A stretch of 64,000 nucleotides of DNA from Eledone cirrhosa. Taxonomy: Eukaryota. The stretch lies in assembly GCA_964016885.1 (NCBI GenBank), contig OZ024756.1, positions 42,284,001 through 42,348,000 of the forward strand, read 5' to 3'. How positions within the stretch are numbered: the first letter of the stretch is position 1; each line of letters opens with the position of its first letter. Made by a program: the position numbers and the translations under genes. The notes below the pieces were generated by a model. That model saw nothing but the letters and a program-made list of their open reading frames with translations, had not been told where the DNA came from and did not search any database. This document shows positions 13,012 to 27,684 of the stretch, piece after piece.

Positions 13012-15800
13012 AGTAATACCACTCCCGTGGGTGTCTGTACAGCCACAGTAGTACTGCCACAGTAGTACTGCCACTCCCGTGGGTGTCTGTACAGCCACAG
13101 TAGTACTGTCACTCCCGTGGGGGTCTGTACAGCCACAGTAGTACTGCCACTCCCGTGGGTGTCTGTACAGCCACAGTAGTACTGCCACTCCCGTGGGGGT
13201 CTGTACAGCCACAGTAGTACTGTCACTCCCGTGGGGGTCTGTACAGCCACAGTAGTACTGCCACTCCCGTGGGGGTCTGTACAGCCACAGTAGTACTGCC
13301 ACTCCCGTGGGTGTCTGTACAGCCACAGTAGTACTGTCACTCCCGTGGGGGTCTGTACAGCCACAGTAGTACTGCCACTCCCGTGGGGGTCTGTACAGCC
13401 ACAGTAGTACTGCCACTCCCGTGGGTGTCTGTACAGCCACAGTAGTACTGTCACTCCCGTGGGGGTCTGTACAGCCACAGTAGTACTGCCACTCCCGTGG
13501 GGGTCTGTACAGCCACAGTAGTACTGCCACTCCCGTGGGTGTCTGTACAGCCACAGTAGTACTGCCACTCCCGTGGGTGTCTGTACAGCCACAGTAGTAC
13601 TGTCACTCCCGTGGGGGTCTGTACAGCCACAGTAGTACTGCCACTCCAGTGGGGGCCCTAACAGCCACAGTAGTACTGCCACCCCCGTGGGGGTCTGTAC
13701 AGCCACAGTAGTACTGCCACTCCCGTGGGGGCCCTAACAGCCACAGTAGTACTGCCACTCCCGTGGGGCCCTACCAGCCACAGTAGTACTGCCACTCCAG
13801 TGAGGGCCCTAACAGCCACAGTAGTACTGCCACTCCAGTGGGGGCCCTAACAGCCACAGTAGTACTGCCACTCCCGTGGGGGTCTGTACAGCCACAGTAG
13901 TACTGCCACTCCCGTGGGGGCCCTAACAGCCACAGTAGTACTGCCACTCCAGTGGGGGCCCTAACAGCCACAGTAGTACTGCCACTCCCGTGGGGGTCTG
14001 TACAGCCACAGTAGTACTGCCACTCCCGTGGGGGCCCTAACAGCCACAGTAGTACTGCCACTCCAGTGGGGGCCCTAACAGCCACAGTAGTACTGCCACT
14101 CCCGTGGGGGTCTGTACAGCCACAGTAGTACTGCCACTCCCGTGGGGGCCCTAGCAGCCACAGTAGTACTGCCACTCCAGTGGGGGCCCTAACAGCCACA
14201 GTAGTACTGCCACTCCCGTGGGGGTCTGTACAGCCACAGTAGTACTGCCACTCCCGTGGGTGTCTGTACAGCCACAGTAGTACTGTCACTCCCGTGGGGG
14301 TCTGTACAGCCACAGTAGTACTGCCACTCCCGTGGGTGTCTGTACAGCCACAGTAGTACTGCCACTCCCGTGGGGGTCTGTACAGCCACAGTAGTACTGC
14401 CACTCCCGTGGGGGCCCTAACAGCCACAGTAGTACTGCCACTCCCGTGGGGGCCCTAACAGCCACAGTAGTACTGCCACTCCCGTGGGGGCCCTAGCAGC
14501 CACAGTAGTACTGCCACTCCAGTGGGGGCCCTAACAGCCACAGTAGTACTGCCACTCCCGTGGGGGCCCTAACAGCCACAGTAGTACTGCCACTCCCGTG
14601 GGGGCCCTAACAGCCACAGTAGTACTGCCACTCCCGTGGGGGTCTGTACAGCCACAGTAGTACTGCCACTCCCGTGGGGGTCTGTACAGCCACAGTAGTA
14701 CTGCCACTCCCGTGGGGGTCTGTACAGCCACAGTAGTACTGCCACTCCCGTGGGGGTCTGTACAGCCACAGTAGTACTGCCACTCCCGTGGGGGTCTGTA
14801 CAGCCACAGTAGTACTGCCACTCCCGTGGGGGTCTGTACAGCCACAGTAGTACTGCCACTCCCGTGGGGGTCTGTACAGCCACAGTAGTACTGCCACTCC
14901 CGTGGGGGTCTGTACAGCCACAGTAGTACTGCCACTCCCGTGGGGGTCTGTACAGCCACAGTAGTACTGCCACTCCAGTGGGGGCCCTAACAGCCACAGT
15001 AGTACTGCCACCCCCGTGGGGGTCTGTACAGCCACAGTAGTACTGCCACTCCCGTGGGGGTCTGTACAGCCACAGTAGTACTGCCACTCCAGTGGGGGCC
15101 CTAACAGCCACAGTAGTACTGCCACCCCCGTGGGGGTCTGTACAGCCACAGTAGTACTGCCACTCCCGTGGGGGCCCTAACAGCCACAGTAGTACTGCCA
15201 CTCCCGTGGGGGCCCTAACAGCCACAGTAGTACTGCCACTCCCGTGGGGGTCTGTACAGCCACAGTAGTACTGCCACTCCCGTGGGGGTCTGTACAGCCA
15301 CAGTAGTACTGCCACTCCCGTGGGGGTCTGTACAGCCACAGTAGTACTGCCACTCCCGTGGGGGTCTGTACAGCCACAGTAGTACTGCCACTCCCGTGGG
15401 GGTCTGTACAGCCACAGTAGTACTGCCACTCCCGTGGGGGTCTGTACAGCCACAGTAGTACTGCCACTCCCGTGGGGGTCTGTACAGCCACAGTAGTACT
15501 GCCACTCCAGTGGGGGCCCTAACAGCCACAGTAGTACTGCCACCCCCGTGGGGGTCTGTACAGCCACAGTAGTACTGCCACTCCCGTGGGGGTCTGTACA
15601 GCCACAGTAGTACTGCCACTCCAGTGGGGGCCCTAACAGCCACAGTAGTACTGCCACCCCCGTGGGGGCCCTAACAGCCACAGTAGTACTGCCACTCCCG
15701 TGGGGGCCCTAACAGCCACAGTAGTACTGCCACTCCAGTGGGGGCCCTACCAGCCACAGTAGTACTGCCACTCCCGTGGGGGTCCTAACAGCCACAGTAG
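13012..15800. repeat. 38-bp GC-rich minisatellite, about 73 units, several unit variants
   Basis: Unit CAGCCACAGTAGTACTGCCACTCCCGTGGGGGTCTGTA; variant ends GCCCTAA. Confidence 0.97.
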
Positions 15801-15884
15801 ACACTACTGCACCACATTCAGCAGCTGACACAAATTTATCCATGGTCTTTCGAGGCCAACAAACAGATGCCAGTAATAACTTAC

Positions 15885-16530
15885 ATATATATATACACAC
15901 ATATATGTGTGTATATATATAATATATGTGTGTATATACACACATATATGTGTGTATATATATAATATATGTGTGTATATATATAATATATGTGTGTATA
16001 TATATAATATATGTGTGTATATACACACATATATGTGTGTATATATATAATATATGTGTGTATATATATAATATATGTGTGTGTATGTATAATATATGTG
16101 TGTATATATATAATATATGTGTGTGTATGTATAATATATGTGTGTATATATATAATATATGTGTGTGTATGTATAATATATGTGTGTATATATATAATAT
16201 ATGTGTGTATATATATAATATATGTGTGTATATATATAATATATGTGTGTATATATATAATATATGTGTGTATGTATAATATATGTGTGTGTATGTATAA
16301 TATATGTGTGTATATATATAATATATGTGTGTGTATGTATAATATATGTGTGTATATATAATATATGTGTGTGTATATATAATATATGTGTGTATATATA
16401 TAATATATGTGTGTGTATGTATAATATATGTGTGTGTATGTATAATATATGTGTGTATATATATAATATATGTGTGTGTATGTATAATATATGTGTGTAT
16501 ATATATAATATATGTGTGTGTATGTATGTG
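15885..16530. repeat. Compound TA/TG minisatellite, ~21-23-bp unit
   Basis: ATAATATATGTGTGTATATAT repeated. Confidence 0.92.
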
Positions 16531-17059
16531 TCTATATACAAATCCCCCCTCCCCCCTCTCTGCATACACATATACTCACATAGACTAATCTACTCTCACC
16601 AGTTTTCACTAATGCTACCAGACATATACAGATTAAATTTCAGCTCACATGGTTCAACAAGGCCTAGTATAGCAAATGAACAATATATATATATATATGT
16701 ATGTGTGTGTGGGTGTATATATGTATGCGTGTGTGTGTATATATATATATGTGTGTATATATATATATGTGTGTGTATATATCATCATCATCGTTTAGCG
16801 TCTATCTTCCACACTAGCATCGGTTAGACGGGAGTTGTCCCAATTTGAGACAAGGTTGGTCGGATGGCCGTGTCTCGCTCATATATGTGTATATATGTGT
16901 GTATATGTATATATATATATGTGTGTATGTGTATATATATATATACATATGTGTATATATATAAGTGTGTGTGTGTGTGTGTGTGTAAATATATGTACAC
17001 ACACATATACACCAAGAGCTCAAACATTTTCTTAAGTTAATGAATATTTCTGATTGCAG

Positions 17060-17377
17060 CTTATGCTGAAGGAAAACCACAATATTCGAGGCAAGGTTCC
17101 GACTGTACTTGAGCCTTTGATGCGAGTGTATATAGCGAGAGTTGACAAAGCTATTGAACCTGGTCTCAATACACTCACATGGACAGCCATCGGTGTCAAC
17201 GAATACTTAGACAAAGTCGACCAATCTTTAAAGTTATTAACATTACTGCTTGATAGAGTAACGGATCTCTGTGATTTCCGAATTGAGGCAAACTTAAAAG
17301 ATATCAGCCAAGTTAAACTTTGTGAGCTGCCACAGTTGGACTCGTGGTCAGTCAAGTATTTCATGGAAAAAACACAG
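17060..17377 (+). CDS. DNAH5: Exon 11 (LMLKE...EPGLNTLTW...EKTQ)
   Basis: ttgcag acceptor, cag|gtaata donor. Confidence 0.92.
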
Positions 17378-17735
17378 GTAATATTCTCTTTCTTTCTCCT
17401 CCCTCTTGCATATTTATTCAGACATATATTTGGTCAGACATATATTTGGTCACACATATTTGGTCAGACACATATTTGGTCAGACATATATTTGGTGAGA
17501 CATATATTTGGTGAGACACATATTTGGTCAGACATATGAAGGTTGACTGAAAAGTTCATAGGCTGACCAAGATACTCTCATGGAATGACAAAATGAGGTT
17601 TATTTTTCAACATAGTCACAGGAAAGTAACAATGCAGTTATTAATAAGAAGAGTTGAAATTAATGCATGCAAGATTTCACAGCTCTAGCATCACTCCTGA
17701 TATAAACATTTGTTTTCTTTATCTTTTATTTACAG

Positions 17736-17880
17736 TTGTTGTGTTCACAAGCGGCCCATAATCTGGGTCAGAAAAGTCAGAATCTTGAAAATGCTGTCAA
17801 TGAGTTGATCACAGTCTTGTGTAATAAACCCCAGGAGGGGGAATGTGGGGAAGAAGAGGGAGTAGAAAACAGCACTGAAA
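17736..17880 (+). CDS. DNAH5: Exon 12 (LLCSQAA...ENAVNELI...)
   Basis: ttacag acceptor, a|gtatga donor. Confidence 0.85.
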
Positions 17881-18715
17881 GTATGATATTCATATTGATC
17901 TGTAATGATTTTGAATAAAACTAGATTCAGTATCAACTAGTATCATCATCATCATTGTCATCATCCCCATCACCATCATCATGCCCATCATCCCCATCAC
18001 CACCACCACCATCATCCCCATCATCACCATCATCATCATCATCATCATCATCATCATTATCACCACCACCACCATCATCACCACCATCATCATCATCCCA
18101 TTATCACCATCATCATCATCATCATCATTATCACCACCACCACCACCATCATCATCCCCATGCTCGTTTTTCCTTGCTTGCATGGGTTGGATGGGTCCTT
18201 TTCAACACAGTAGGATATCTCTATTCATGTTCCTTCATCCTCTTCTCTGAGAGTCTCAGCAATTTGAGATCAGTTTTCACCACCTCCATCCAGGTCTTCC
18301 TAAGTCTACCTCTACTGTGTTATCTTAACACATTCCATATACACTTGAATATAAGTTGACCCCACTATTTTATGTCTGAGAAATGGGAAAAATCCAAACC
18401 TTATTTATGTAGAACTGAAGTTGGTGAAAATTGTTAAATTATTGACCTTGAATATAAGCCGACTTCCATTCTACCATCGATTTCTTTTGGTCACATATTC
18501 CTCATCTTATATTCAAGTATTATATTCAACTATTATATTCAAGTATATCCTATAATTTCACATCAGTCTTGTAGCCTCAGAAACATGAAAAAGTATAAAA
18601 ATTGTAGAACAAGATCTCCCTGGGAGAGAAACATCCAATCATCACAAAGAACCTTAAGGTTTAGATATTGTATTGTGTATAAATATGTGAAAAATATTCT
18701 GGCTTTTTATTGTAG

Positions 18716-18988
18716 CAGATGTTGATTCTCCTTCCCCAATGATCCCGACAAATGTGCAAGTATTCCAGAGAAATGGCTCTCCAAGGAAGAAAGCATCGCA
18801 GTTACCTTCATCAGAACCTCAAGTTAATACTAAACAGAAACAGTTCTGGCAAAACCTGGAAGAAATCCAGGATCTAAAAAACCATTTTAATCACCGCCAC
18901 ATGGATGTTTTGATTAAGGTGACGCGGAACAGCCTTGAGGCCATTAGGAAGAGAATCACATCAAGCAACTCAATTATGCATTATATTG
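18716..18988 (+). CDS. DNAH5: Exon 13 (DVDSPSP...[11 protein letters not shown]); tandem acceptor, alternative start 18719
   Basis: tgTAGCAG acceptor, g|gtaatt donor. Confidence 0.82.
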
Positions 18989-19304
18989 GTAATTGAAGAC
19001 TTAAGATCATTTAATATATTTTATTTAATTCAATTTTTTTTTATTTAAAAAAAATTTTTCTTTAATTTTTAAAGGTTTTCTTTCATTCAAAATTTATTTT
19101 CATTTCAAAATTTTTCTTAAAAAAACTTAAAAAAAATTTTTCTTCCTTTAATTTCTTTCTTTTCATATCTTTCTTTTCATAATTTTCTCTGTTTTCCCAT
19201 CATTCAGTCTTTGTTTACATTCTTTCCATTTTTTCTTTACATTCACTTCCTTCCTGTCAATTATTCCTTCTTCAATTCTCTCAGTCTATCTTTCTCTCTT
19301 TCAG

Positions 19305-19819
19305 AATCACAGAAACATCCCGAGGGTGCTAAAAAAAATTCTCGTCCATTTTTTTGCACTGATGCCATTTTAACCATCCCTACCATCACCATCCAACCAA
19401 CTCTTGATGACATACAACAAATCATCAACAAAGCTGTTCAGATGATAGTTGGGGTGTCGAAGCATATTGCCCAGTGGTCAAAACAGCCACCCAAATCAAT
19501 AAAGGTCAGGGTGAAAGGAGGAGGAGTTGATCCACTTACAGGGACAACAGGAGCAGTAGCAATGTCAACTGTATCTTTTCCGATGGAGACCCGAGAAAGA
19601 CAGGCAAGTTTCAGTACTAATGAGCAGTCTGAAAGTATTCACAGTGAACTTCTATACACAAAGAGTAGTTACAGTCGAGTTGATCCAGATAATTCTACTA
19701 CGGAGTTTTCCAGTGTACAACCGTCACTCTCCAGAAGTTATTACAAGTGTATATCTGAGAACAAAGAAATTGCTAAACTGGTTTCATTATTGTCAACATC
19801 TATAAACTCCACAAAGAAG
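19305..19819 (+). CDS. DNAH5: Exon 14 (ESQK...IQPTLDDIQQ...SENKEIAKLVS...STKK)
   Basis: tttcag acceptor, aag|gtaaag donor, open frame. Confidence 0.88.
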
Positions 19820-20060
19820 GTAAAGTATCAGTTTTTACTAAACAAATTCTTCTTCTTCTTCTTCTTCTTCTTCTTCTTCTTCTTCTTCTTCTTCTTCTTC
19901 TACCAAAATACCCAAATGAATTTGGATTGCTAAATGTAGAGTGCTTTAATCCATTGGCATCACTATTGACTGATTTGAGTGTGGATTGTACAACTCTAGT
20001 TAGTTAACATCTTATAAAAATAAATACATAGATATATAGATAGATGAACAGACTGATAGA

Positions 20061-21318
20061 TCATCATCATCATCATCATCACCGTTTTACGTCCGTTCTT
20101 CCACGCTAGCATGGGTTAGACGGGTTGTCCTGTTGTGTGCAGTGTCTGGTCGGCTGACCATGCCTTGCTCATACAAGAACTGATCTGGCTTGATTTCTAC
20201 AGCTGGATGCCCTTCCTAACACCAACCTCATTTACAGTGAGTGCTGGGTGCTTTTTCGTGGCGCCTACACGTCCACTTTACAGTGTGGGCTGGGTGCTTT
20301 TTTGCCGTGGCACCTCCACGACCACCTTGCGGTGGGGGGTGTGGGGGCATATTGTTTATATGCTTCAGCATGTACCCATGGGAGGTCGGGTACTCTGTAT
20401 TACTGCGTGACGCCAGAAGTCACGGTCGTGTGTCATTGTCTTTGAGAGGTGTAATTGGGTAAGGTCGGCTTTTATCACCTCATCCCAGGTCATCTTGGGT
20501 CTCCCCACTCCGCGGTTTCCATCAACTTCTAGTGCTCTGCACCTTTTTATGCAGCTGTCATCCTTCATACGCATCACATGTCCATACCAGCGCAACCGCC
20601 TCTCCTGCACACAGCATTTGATTCCTCTTATGCTCAGTCTCTCTCTCAATTCATTTATGCTTTGTCGTTCATGTATATTACTGTTACACATCCATCGGAG
20701 CATGCAGGCTTCGTTTCTCTCTAATCTACGTAAGTCTTCCACCTTCAGCGCCCAGGTCTCACTACCATGCAACATCGCTGTTCGGATACACGCATCATAC
20801 AGTCTGCCTTTCATTCTGAGGGAGAAGCCTTTTGCAGCTAGCAGTGGTAGTAGTTCCCTAAACTTCTTCCATCCCGTTCTTACCCTAGTTATTGTACTTT
20901 CTGAACACCCACCTCCGTTGCTAATTCGGTCACCTAGGTAGCAGAAGCTGTCTACTGTTTCTACAGGGCCCTCCCAGAGATTGGTGGTACTTGTTTCCTG
21001 TGGCTGTTTGCTGCTTGCTGTTTCAGCACAGCTGCTGCATGTGAATCCTACATTCTTAATTAAGCTTCCTGAGATCCCGCTACATTTCTTGTGTACCCAT
21101 TGTTTACATTTGGGGCAGAGAATGGAGTTCCTACCTACACCTTTCCTATATACTGAGCAAGGCTATTTCCCTGAGGGGATCTGGGTTCTGTTTTCTCGTC
21201 TACTTACAAGGACCTTAGTCTTTGTCATGTTGACTTTGAGACCCTTTCTCTCTAGTCCCTGCTTCCAGGTTTGGAATTTATTCTCTAGTTCTATCATAGA
21301 TTCAGCTATGAGTGCGAG
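20061..21318 (-). mobile_element. RTE LINE, near-identical 5'-truncated copy with a nonsense codon after PSGK
   Basis: Reverse complement of the 38112 copy; (CAT)n tail at left end. Confidence 0.92.
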
Positions 21319-22041
21319 ATATATATACAAATAAATAGCTAGATAGACGGACAGATTAGACATTTGTATTAAGTATATTTTACAAGTACTTCTTATGTTG
21401 GAATATTTTAAGATAGAATTTATAACATAAAAGGTTCTTATATAAAATTATGTTGGAAGATTTTAATCTGTATAGAATCCTTTCAAAATGCGTGGTTTTA
21501 CTTCAAAGAACCAGAGGCTTGGGATCAGAAGGGCTTAGTAATTCTATGAGGAATTACCAGATGGAATTTAACTATGGGAATTTACTTTACTAAAGACTTA
21601 AGATTTTGATATGTATTTGGAAACCAGTTAAACTGTTATTAAATTAGTTCAAATGAATTCTTGTTTTATATATTTTTTTTATTTTGTTCTGTTAAATGCC
21701 CGAAAATCTTGAAAAGATTAGCTGACATTCTAATTTAAAATAAAGATAACTGCAACATGACACTGTAGCATATGTATCTGTAGATTTTATAGTAGAGATA
21801 AACAATCATATCTTGCATAAAATATCTGTACAAGAGTTGGTTGAAATGTTTATCGGTTGACCAAGATACCCTCATGGAATGACGAAATGAGGATTATTTT
21901 TCAATATAGTCCCTGTAAAGAAACAATGCAGTTATTAATAATGTATATGTGATGGACAGACAGACAGACAGACAGACAAACGGCTTTTCTTTTATAATAT
22001 AGATTGTTCATTTCTTTTTTTCTTTCTTTTTTTACTTCTAG

Positions 22042-22243
22042 GAAGTATCAAATGCTTTGGAAGTATTCTCCCATTATCGTATGTTATGGAATGTTGACCG
22101 AAGTAAAGAATTGGAAAGATTTCTTCAAGAAGACCCAAGTCTTTCTGAATTTGAATCAAAAATTGTTTATTATGAGGAGCTTGAGAATAAGATCCAACAA
22201 GAAGCTGAATATTTTGATGTGGGACCAATTTCAATATACACAG
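22042..22243 (+). CDS. DNAH5: Exon 15 (EVSNAL...PSLSEFESKI...SIYT)
   Basis: ttctag acceptor, g|gtagaa donor. Confidence 0.92.
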
Positions 22244-23614
22244 GTAGAAGGCAGTTATTTCTCACACCATATTTCACTCTTAATATCTTATGTGGGTTGG
22301 CTCAAAAGTTCATAGGCTGACCAAGATACTCTCATGGAATGAATAAGTGAGATTTATTTTTCAACATAGTCCTCAAACACTCCTTCCAACATGTCCTGTC
22401 AGAAGCAATCATTTCCAAATGATCCGGCAGGATCTCTATGTGAGACCAGCTGAGCTTAATGATGTTATCCAGCCATCTTAGTCGAAGTCTACCCACTGGC
22501 TATCTTGCCAGTTGCTTTTTGCCCATAAAAACTCTACTACATATAACATACAATACAAATGTAATGAGCAGTTAGTAGATATTACTGTATAGTTAGTAAC
22601 TATTACCTACGTGTCAAATATTGTTTTTTTTTTCAAATAGATATACTACCAAGTTTCCTACTTGAGCTAAATTAACACCACTTATTGTTTTCTTCTTCAA
22701 ATATATATATATGAGCAAGTTTTCTATGTGGTGTTACATATACTACACTTGTTCATAGCTTAAGTTCTCTTTCTAAGTCAGATTCGCCAATTTGCATATA
22801 AGTGTTACTAAAAATAGTTTTACTAGAACTATTAATTTCATCTCTATCTATTTTGTTAACATAAAACAGCAGTCCACTTCATTAGCGAAGAACAATTAAA
22901 GAATTGGTATATTAGATATTGTATCTTTATAAACAGCGCACACATACAGACACACTTACATACACACAGACAAACACACATACACAGACATACTCACACA
23001 TATACACATACTTTCACACTCTCTCTCTCTCACACACACACACACATACACAGACATACTCACACACATACATACACAGACACAGGCATACTTACACACA
23101 CTCTCTCTCTCTCTCTCTCACGCACACACATATACACAGATATACTCACATATATACACACTGAAACAAACACACACACACAAAAATGTACATATACAAA
23201 TACACTCACACACACAAACAAACATAAACATGTACAAACACACAAACGCACACATAAACACACAAACAAACACACACACACAAACACACACATAATCACA
23301 CACACACAAACACTCGAAAACACACATGTTCTTTCCCTTTAAAAAAATATTGTTTCCCTTTTTACCTCTTCGCATTCTCGTGTGTCTCAGTGGGGTTCTA
23401 TCACGTATATTTTTAGGGTTTGTAAATAAGGGTAAGAAAAAAAGGGAGGTAAAATAAAACAAGGATTTATTTCCTCCAGAAACAAATCCTTTGATAAATT
23501 CTAACCCCCACCCCCCACCACCAAAGGCTTCTTTCAATCATGTCTATAAATATACTTTCTTTCTTGACTTTATTTAAAACCCTAAAAATAAACTTGATGG
23601 AACCCATGTAGACT

Positions 23615-24310
23615 GAAATTCTTTCAGGGAAGTGGCCCTGCTCAATATGTAGAAAGGGAGTAGGCATAAACTCCATACAATGTACACAATGTAAATCTTG
23701 GGTACACAAGAGATGTAGTGAGAGAACGAGTAGACTAACAGGAAGGGAAGACTTGGATTGTAGAAGATGCACAGGGTTAACCGAAGGAAAGTCAGCCAGT
23801 GATGTAAGCTATTTCCAGTCAGAGAAAGGACCCATGAAAGTGGTTGATAGCTTCTGCTATCTAGGTGACTTAATTAGCAATAGAGGAGGATGCTCTGAGA
23901 GCATAATAGTTAGAATAAGGATAAGGTGGAAAAAGTTTAGAGAGCTACTCCCATTGTTGATAACAAGAGGTTTCTTCCTATGTACAAAAAGACGACTGTA
24001 TGACGCCTGTGTGTGAAGTGTGATGCTACATAGGCTGTGACTGCGGAGGACATGTGGTGCTACATGGTAGTGAAACATGGGCTGTGACTACAGAGGACAT
24101 GGCTAGACTGAATAGAAATGATGCAATCATGCTCTGTTGGATGTGCCATGTAAGTGTGAGAGAGAGGCAGGGCTTGAATGAGTTGGGGGAGAAGCTGGGT
24201 TTAAGAGGAAGCCAAGGTGGTGTGCAGGAGAAATGATTGCATTTGTTTGGACATGTGATACGCATGGAAAAGCATGGAAAAATGGACGTTAAATGGGGAT
24301 GATGATGATG
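23615..24310 (+). mobile_element. Old degraded RTE LINE fragment
   Basis: [26 protein letters not shown] with stops and frameshifts. Confidence 0.82.
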
Positions 24311-24344
24311 ATATATATATATACAATTATATGTATATTTACAG

Positions 24345-24580
24345 AAAAACTTCGATTTGGTCTTCTTACCGAAACTAAAACATGGCGCCAGCAATATGGT
24401 AAAATCTGTAATATTAAGTACAGGACTGACATGGAGGAGAACTTTACATTTATTGATGATCTTAGCAAGAAACTAAGTCGACCAATAAATGATTTAGATG
24501 ACATACGACATACTATGTCTGCATTGAAAGAAATTAGAGAAAATGAGATAAAAATTGAAATGAGTATTGGTCCAATTGAA
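24345..24580 (+). CDS. DNAH5: Exon 16 (EKLRFGL...LSRPINDLDDIR...GPIE)
   Basis: ttacag acceptor, gaa|gtaagt donor. Confidence 0.93.
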
Positions 24581-24938
24581 GTAAGTTTGTTGTTTATTTT
24601 ACTTGTGAAATCTCTCTTAATTTTTGGTAATATTTTAGTTTTAAAATATTATGTTTGTATAAAAAACAATGTTGAAAAAACAATGTTATCTCTTATCGAG
24701 ATGAAGTGAGTGTATTTGAATACAAATAGAAACGAGAAAAGTCTTTGCTAGAACAGACGTTAAAACAGCTGCTGTCAAAGACAGCAATGGGTAAAAATGC
24801 CACAGAGGACAGAGACCAGTGACCAGTGGTGTTATCCACCTTGTGGATTGTCTCTGTGTTGACCACTGGCCGCTGGTCTTTGTCCTCTGAGGTATCCTCA
24901 TAGTTAAGATGTTAACATATGTTTTTATTTCTCCGTAG

Positions 24939-25157
24939 GAATCTTATGCTATGTTGAACAAACATAAATTACCTGTGAGAAGAGAAGAAACTGATCCATG
25001 TGATACATTGCGTTATTCTTGGGAAAAACTCCAAGCTCTAGCTTCTGAAGTTGGCAGCCATCTTCTCATTATCCAACCAGAGTTTCGTTCTGAACTCATC
25101 ACCAATGTCAATATTTTTAATACCAACTGTACAGACTTCTACGAACAATATGCTAAG
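24939..25157 (+). CDS. DNAH5: Exon 17 (ESYAMLNK...DTLRYSWEKL)
   Basis: ccgtag acceptor, aag|gtcagt donor. Confidence 0.93.
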
Positions 25158-25626
25158 GTCAGTTTTTGTCTTCGTTGTCAAGACACATTTTCCTTTTAAT
25201 TCTATATATTGTATCTTGCTGTGATGTAAGCATATATATATATATAAACAATGAGTTATTTAATTTGTTGATTATTCAACAAAGTTAATTTATAACAGAT
25301 TAGAAGCACTCAACAGCTTTCTTCTGGAGTATAATATCAATAATATAAATAAATGGAAAATATCTTTATAAAACCATATTTATTTTATTATACATATTTC
25401 AAGGGTACAAAAGCATACCAAAATACTGGTACCCTTGAAATATGTATAATAAAATAAATATGGTTTTATAAAGATATTTTCCATTTATTAATATTGTTGA
25501 TATATATATATGTAAATGAGGTTGGTGTTAGGAAGGGCATCCAGCTGTAGAAATCAAGCCAGAATCAGTTCCCGTCCCACCCTTGCAAGCAGGGTAAAGT
25601 GGACATAAAATGAAATGATGATGAAA

Positions 25627-25712
<86 letters not shown>

Positions 25713-26137
25713 TGATATTCTCTGAAATATATACAATGTATATAAAATCAAATATATATAATCAATGGGGGTGCCCCAGCATGGCCTCAGCCTGTCAGCA
25801 GGAACATATAATAGAGTACAATGTATATAAATGAATGAAATGTTTCAATTCCACCTACACCTATGTTTAATACTGCATAGAACATTCTATTTAGTAAACA
25901 TACAGTATATCTTTAAATATATAAAATTCCATACATATATGTATACAGCTATGCAGAGGCTAACATTTATATATATATATATCATCATCATCATCACCAA
26001 CGCTGGCATGGGTTACACTAAAAGTTTAATAGGACACCTTACATCTATCTCCTGACCAGGATTGAACCCCAGACCAGGATCTCCACTATCTCTAATATCT
26101 AATATCTCCCACTAGGACACAAGGACAGCTATATATA

Positions 26138-26723
<586 letters not shown>

Positions 26724-27316
26724 CCTACCCTTGCAAGCATGGAAGAGCGGATGTAAAATGATGATGATGATATATATATATATATATAATATATAATGTA
26801 TGTGTATGTGTGTGTATATATATATGTATGTAAAAGGTAAACAGAAATAACAACACAATCGGTACAGTATATGGAAGGGATATATTAGGTTAACACTTGA
26901 TATAGCAGGAAGAGGGTCTTAACGTTATATATATATATATATATATATAATGTGTGTGTGTGTGTATATATATATATAATGTGTGTGTATATATATATAT
27001 ATATATAATGGATGTGTGTGTATATATATGTATATATATAAAATGGGTGTGTGTGCATATATATGTATATATATATATATATAATGTATTTGCGCATATA
27101 TATGCAAGGGTGGGACAGTATATATAATGTGTGTGTATATATATATATATATATAATGTGTGTGTATATATATATAACGTGTATGCATCATCATCGTTGT
27201 TTAACGTCTATCTTCCACGCTAGCATGGGTTTAGATGGGAATTGTCCCGCGGCAAGATTGGTTGTCTTGCTCAGGACTGTCTATATATTTATATCAATCA
27301 ACTGATTTATTCCCAG

Positions 27317-27618
27317 GTGGGACCAATGGTTGCTGGAATTGATCCAAGAGATGCCACAGACCGACTTATAATTTTTCAAAACCATTTTGATAACTTGTAC
27401 CGTAAGTATATAACTTATACGAAAGGTGAGGAGTTGTTTGGTCTTCCAGTCATGCAGTCTCCACAGTTGATACAAATCAACAAAGAACTAAAACTTCTTC
27501 AAAAACTTTACGGACTTTATAGTAATGCCATTGAAACAGTGAATGGTTATCAAGATATCCTCTGGACTGACGTCAATATTGATAATATCAATACAGAACT
27601 GCTGGACTTGCAAAATAG
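27317..27618 (+). CDS. DNAH5: Exon 18 (VGPMVAG...GEELFGLP...LLQKLYGLY)
   Basis: tcccag acceptor, ag|gttatt donor, ends phase 2. Confidence 0.93.
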
Positions 27619-27684
27619 GTTATTATCATATTTTTATATGGATTATAATATTACTATTTGTTTATATAACTATAAATTGGTTAA

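Noticed and set aside
13012-15800. CRISPR-like array, or long minus-strand ORFs (MAVQTPTG...)
   Set aside because: Units are contiguous with no unique spacers, no cas genes, eukaryotic intron; the ORFs are repeat translations in several frames.
19505-19713. Cryptic intron inside exon 14 (aag|gtcagg ... ttccag)
   Set aside because: Donor is phase 0 and acceptor phase 2, so removal would frameshift; the read-through frame is open.
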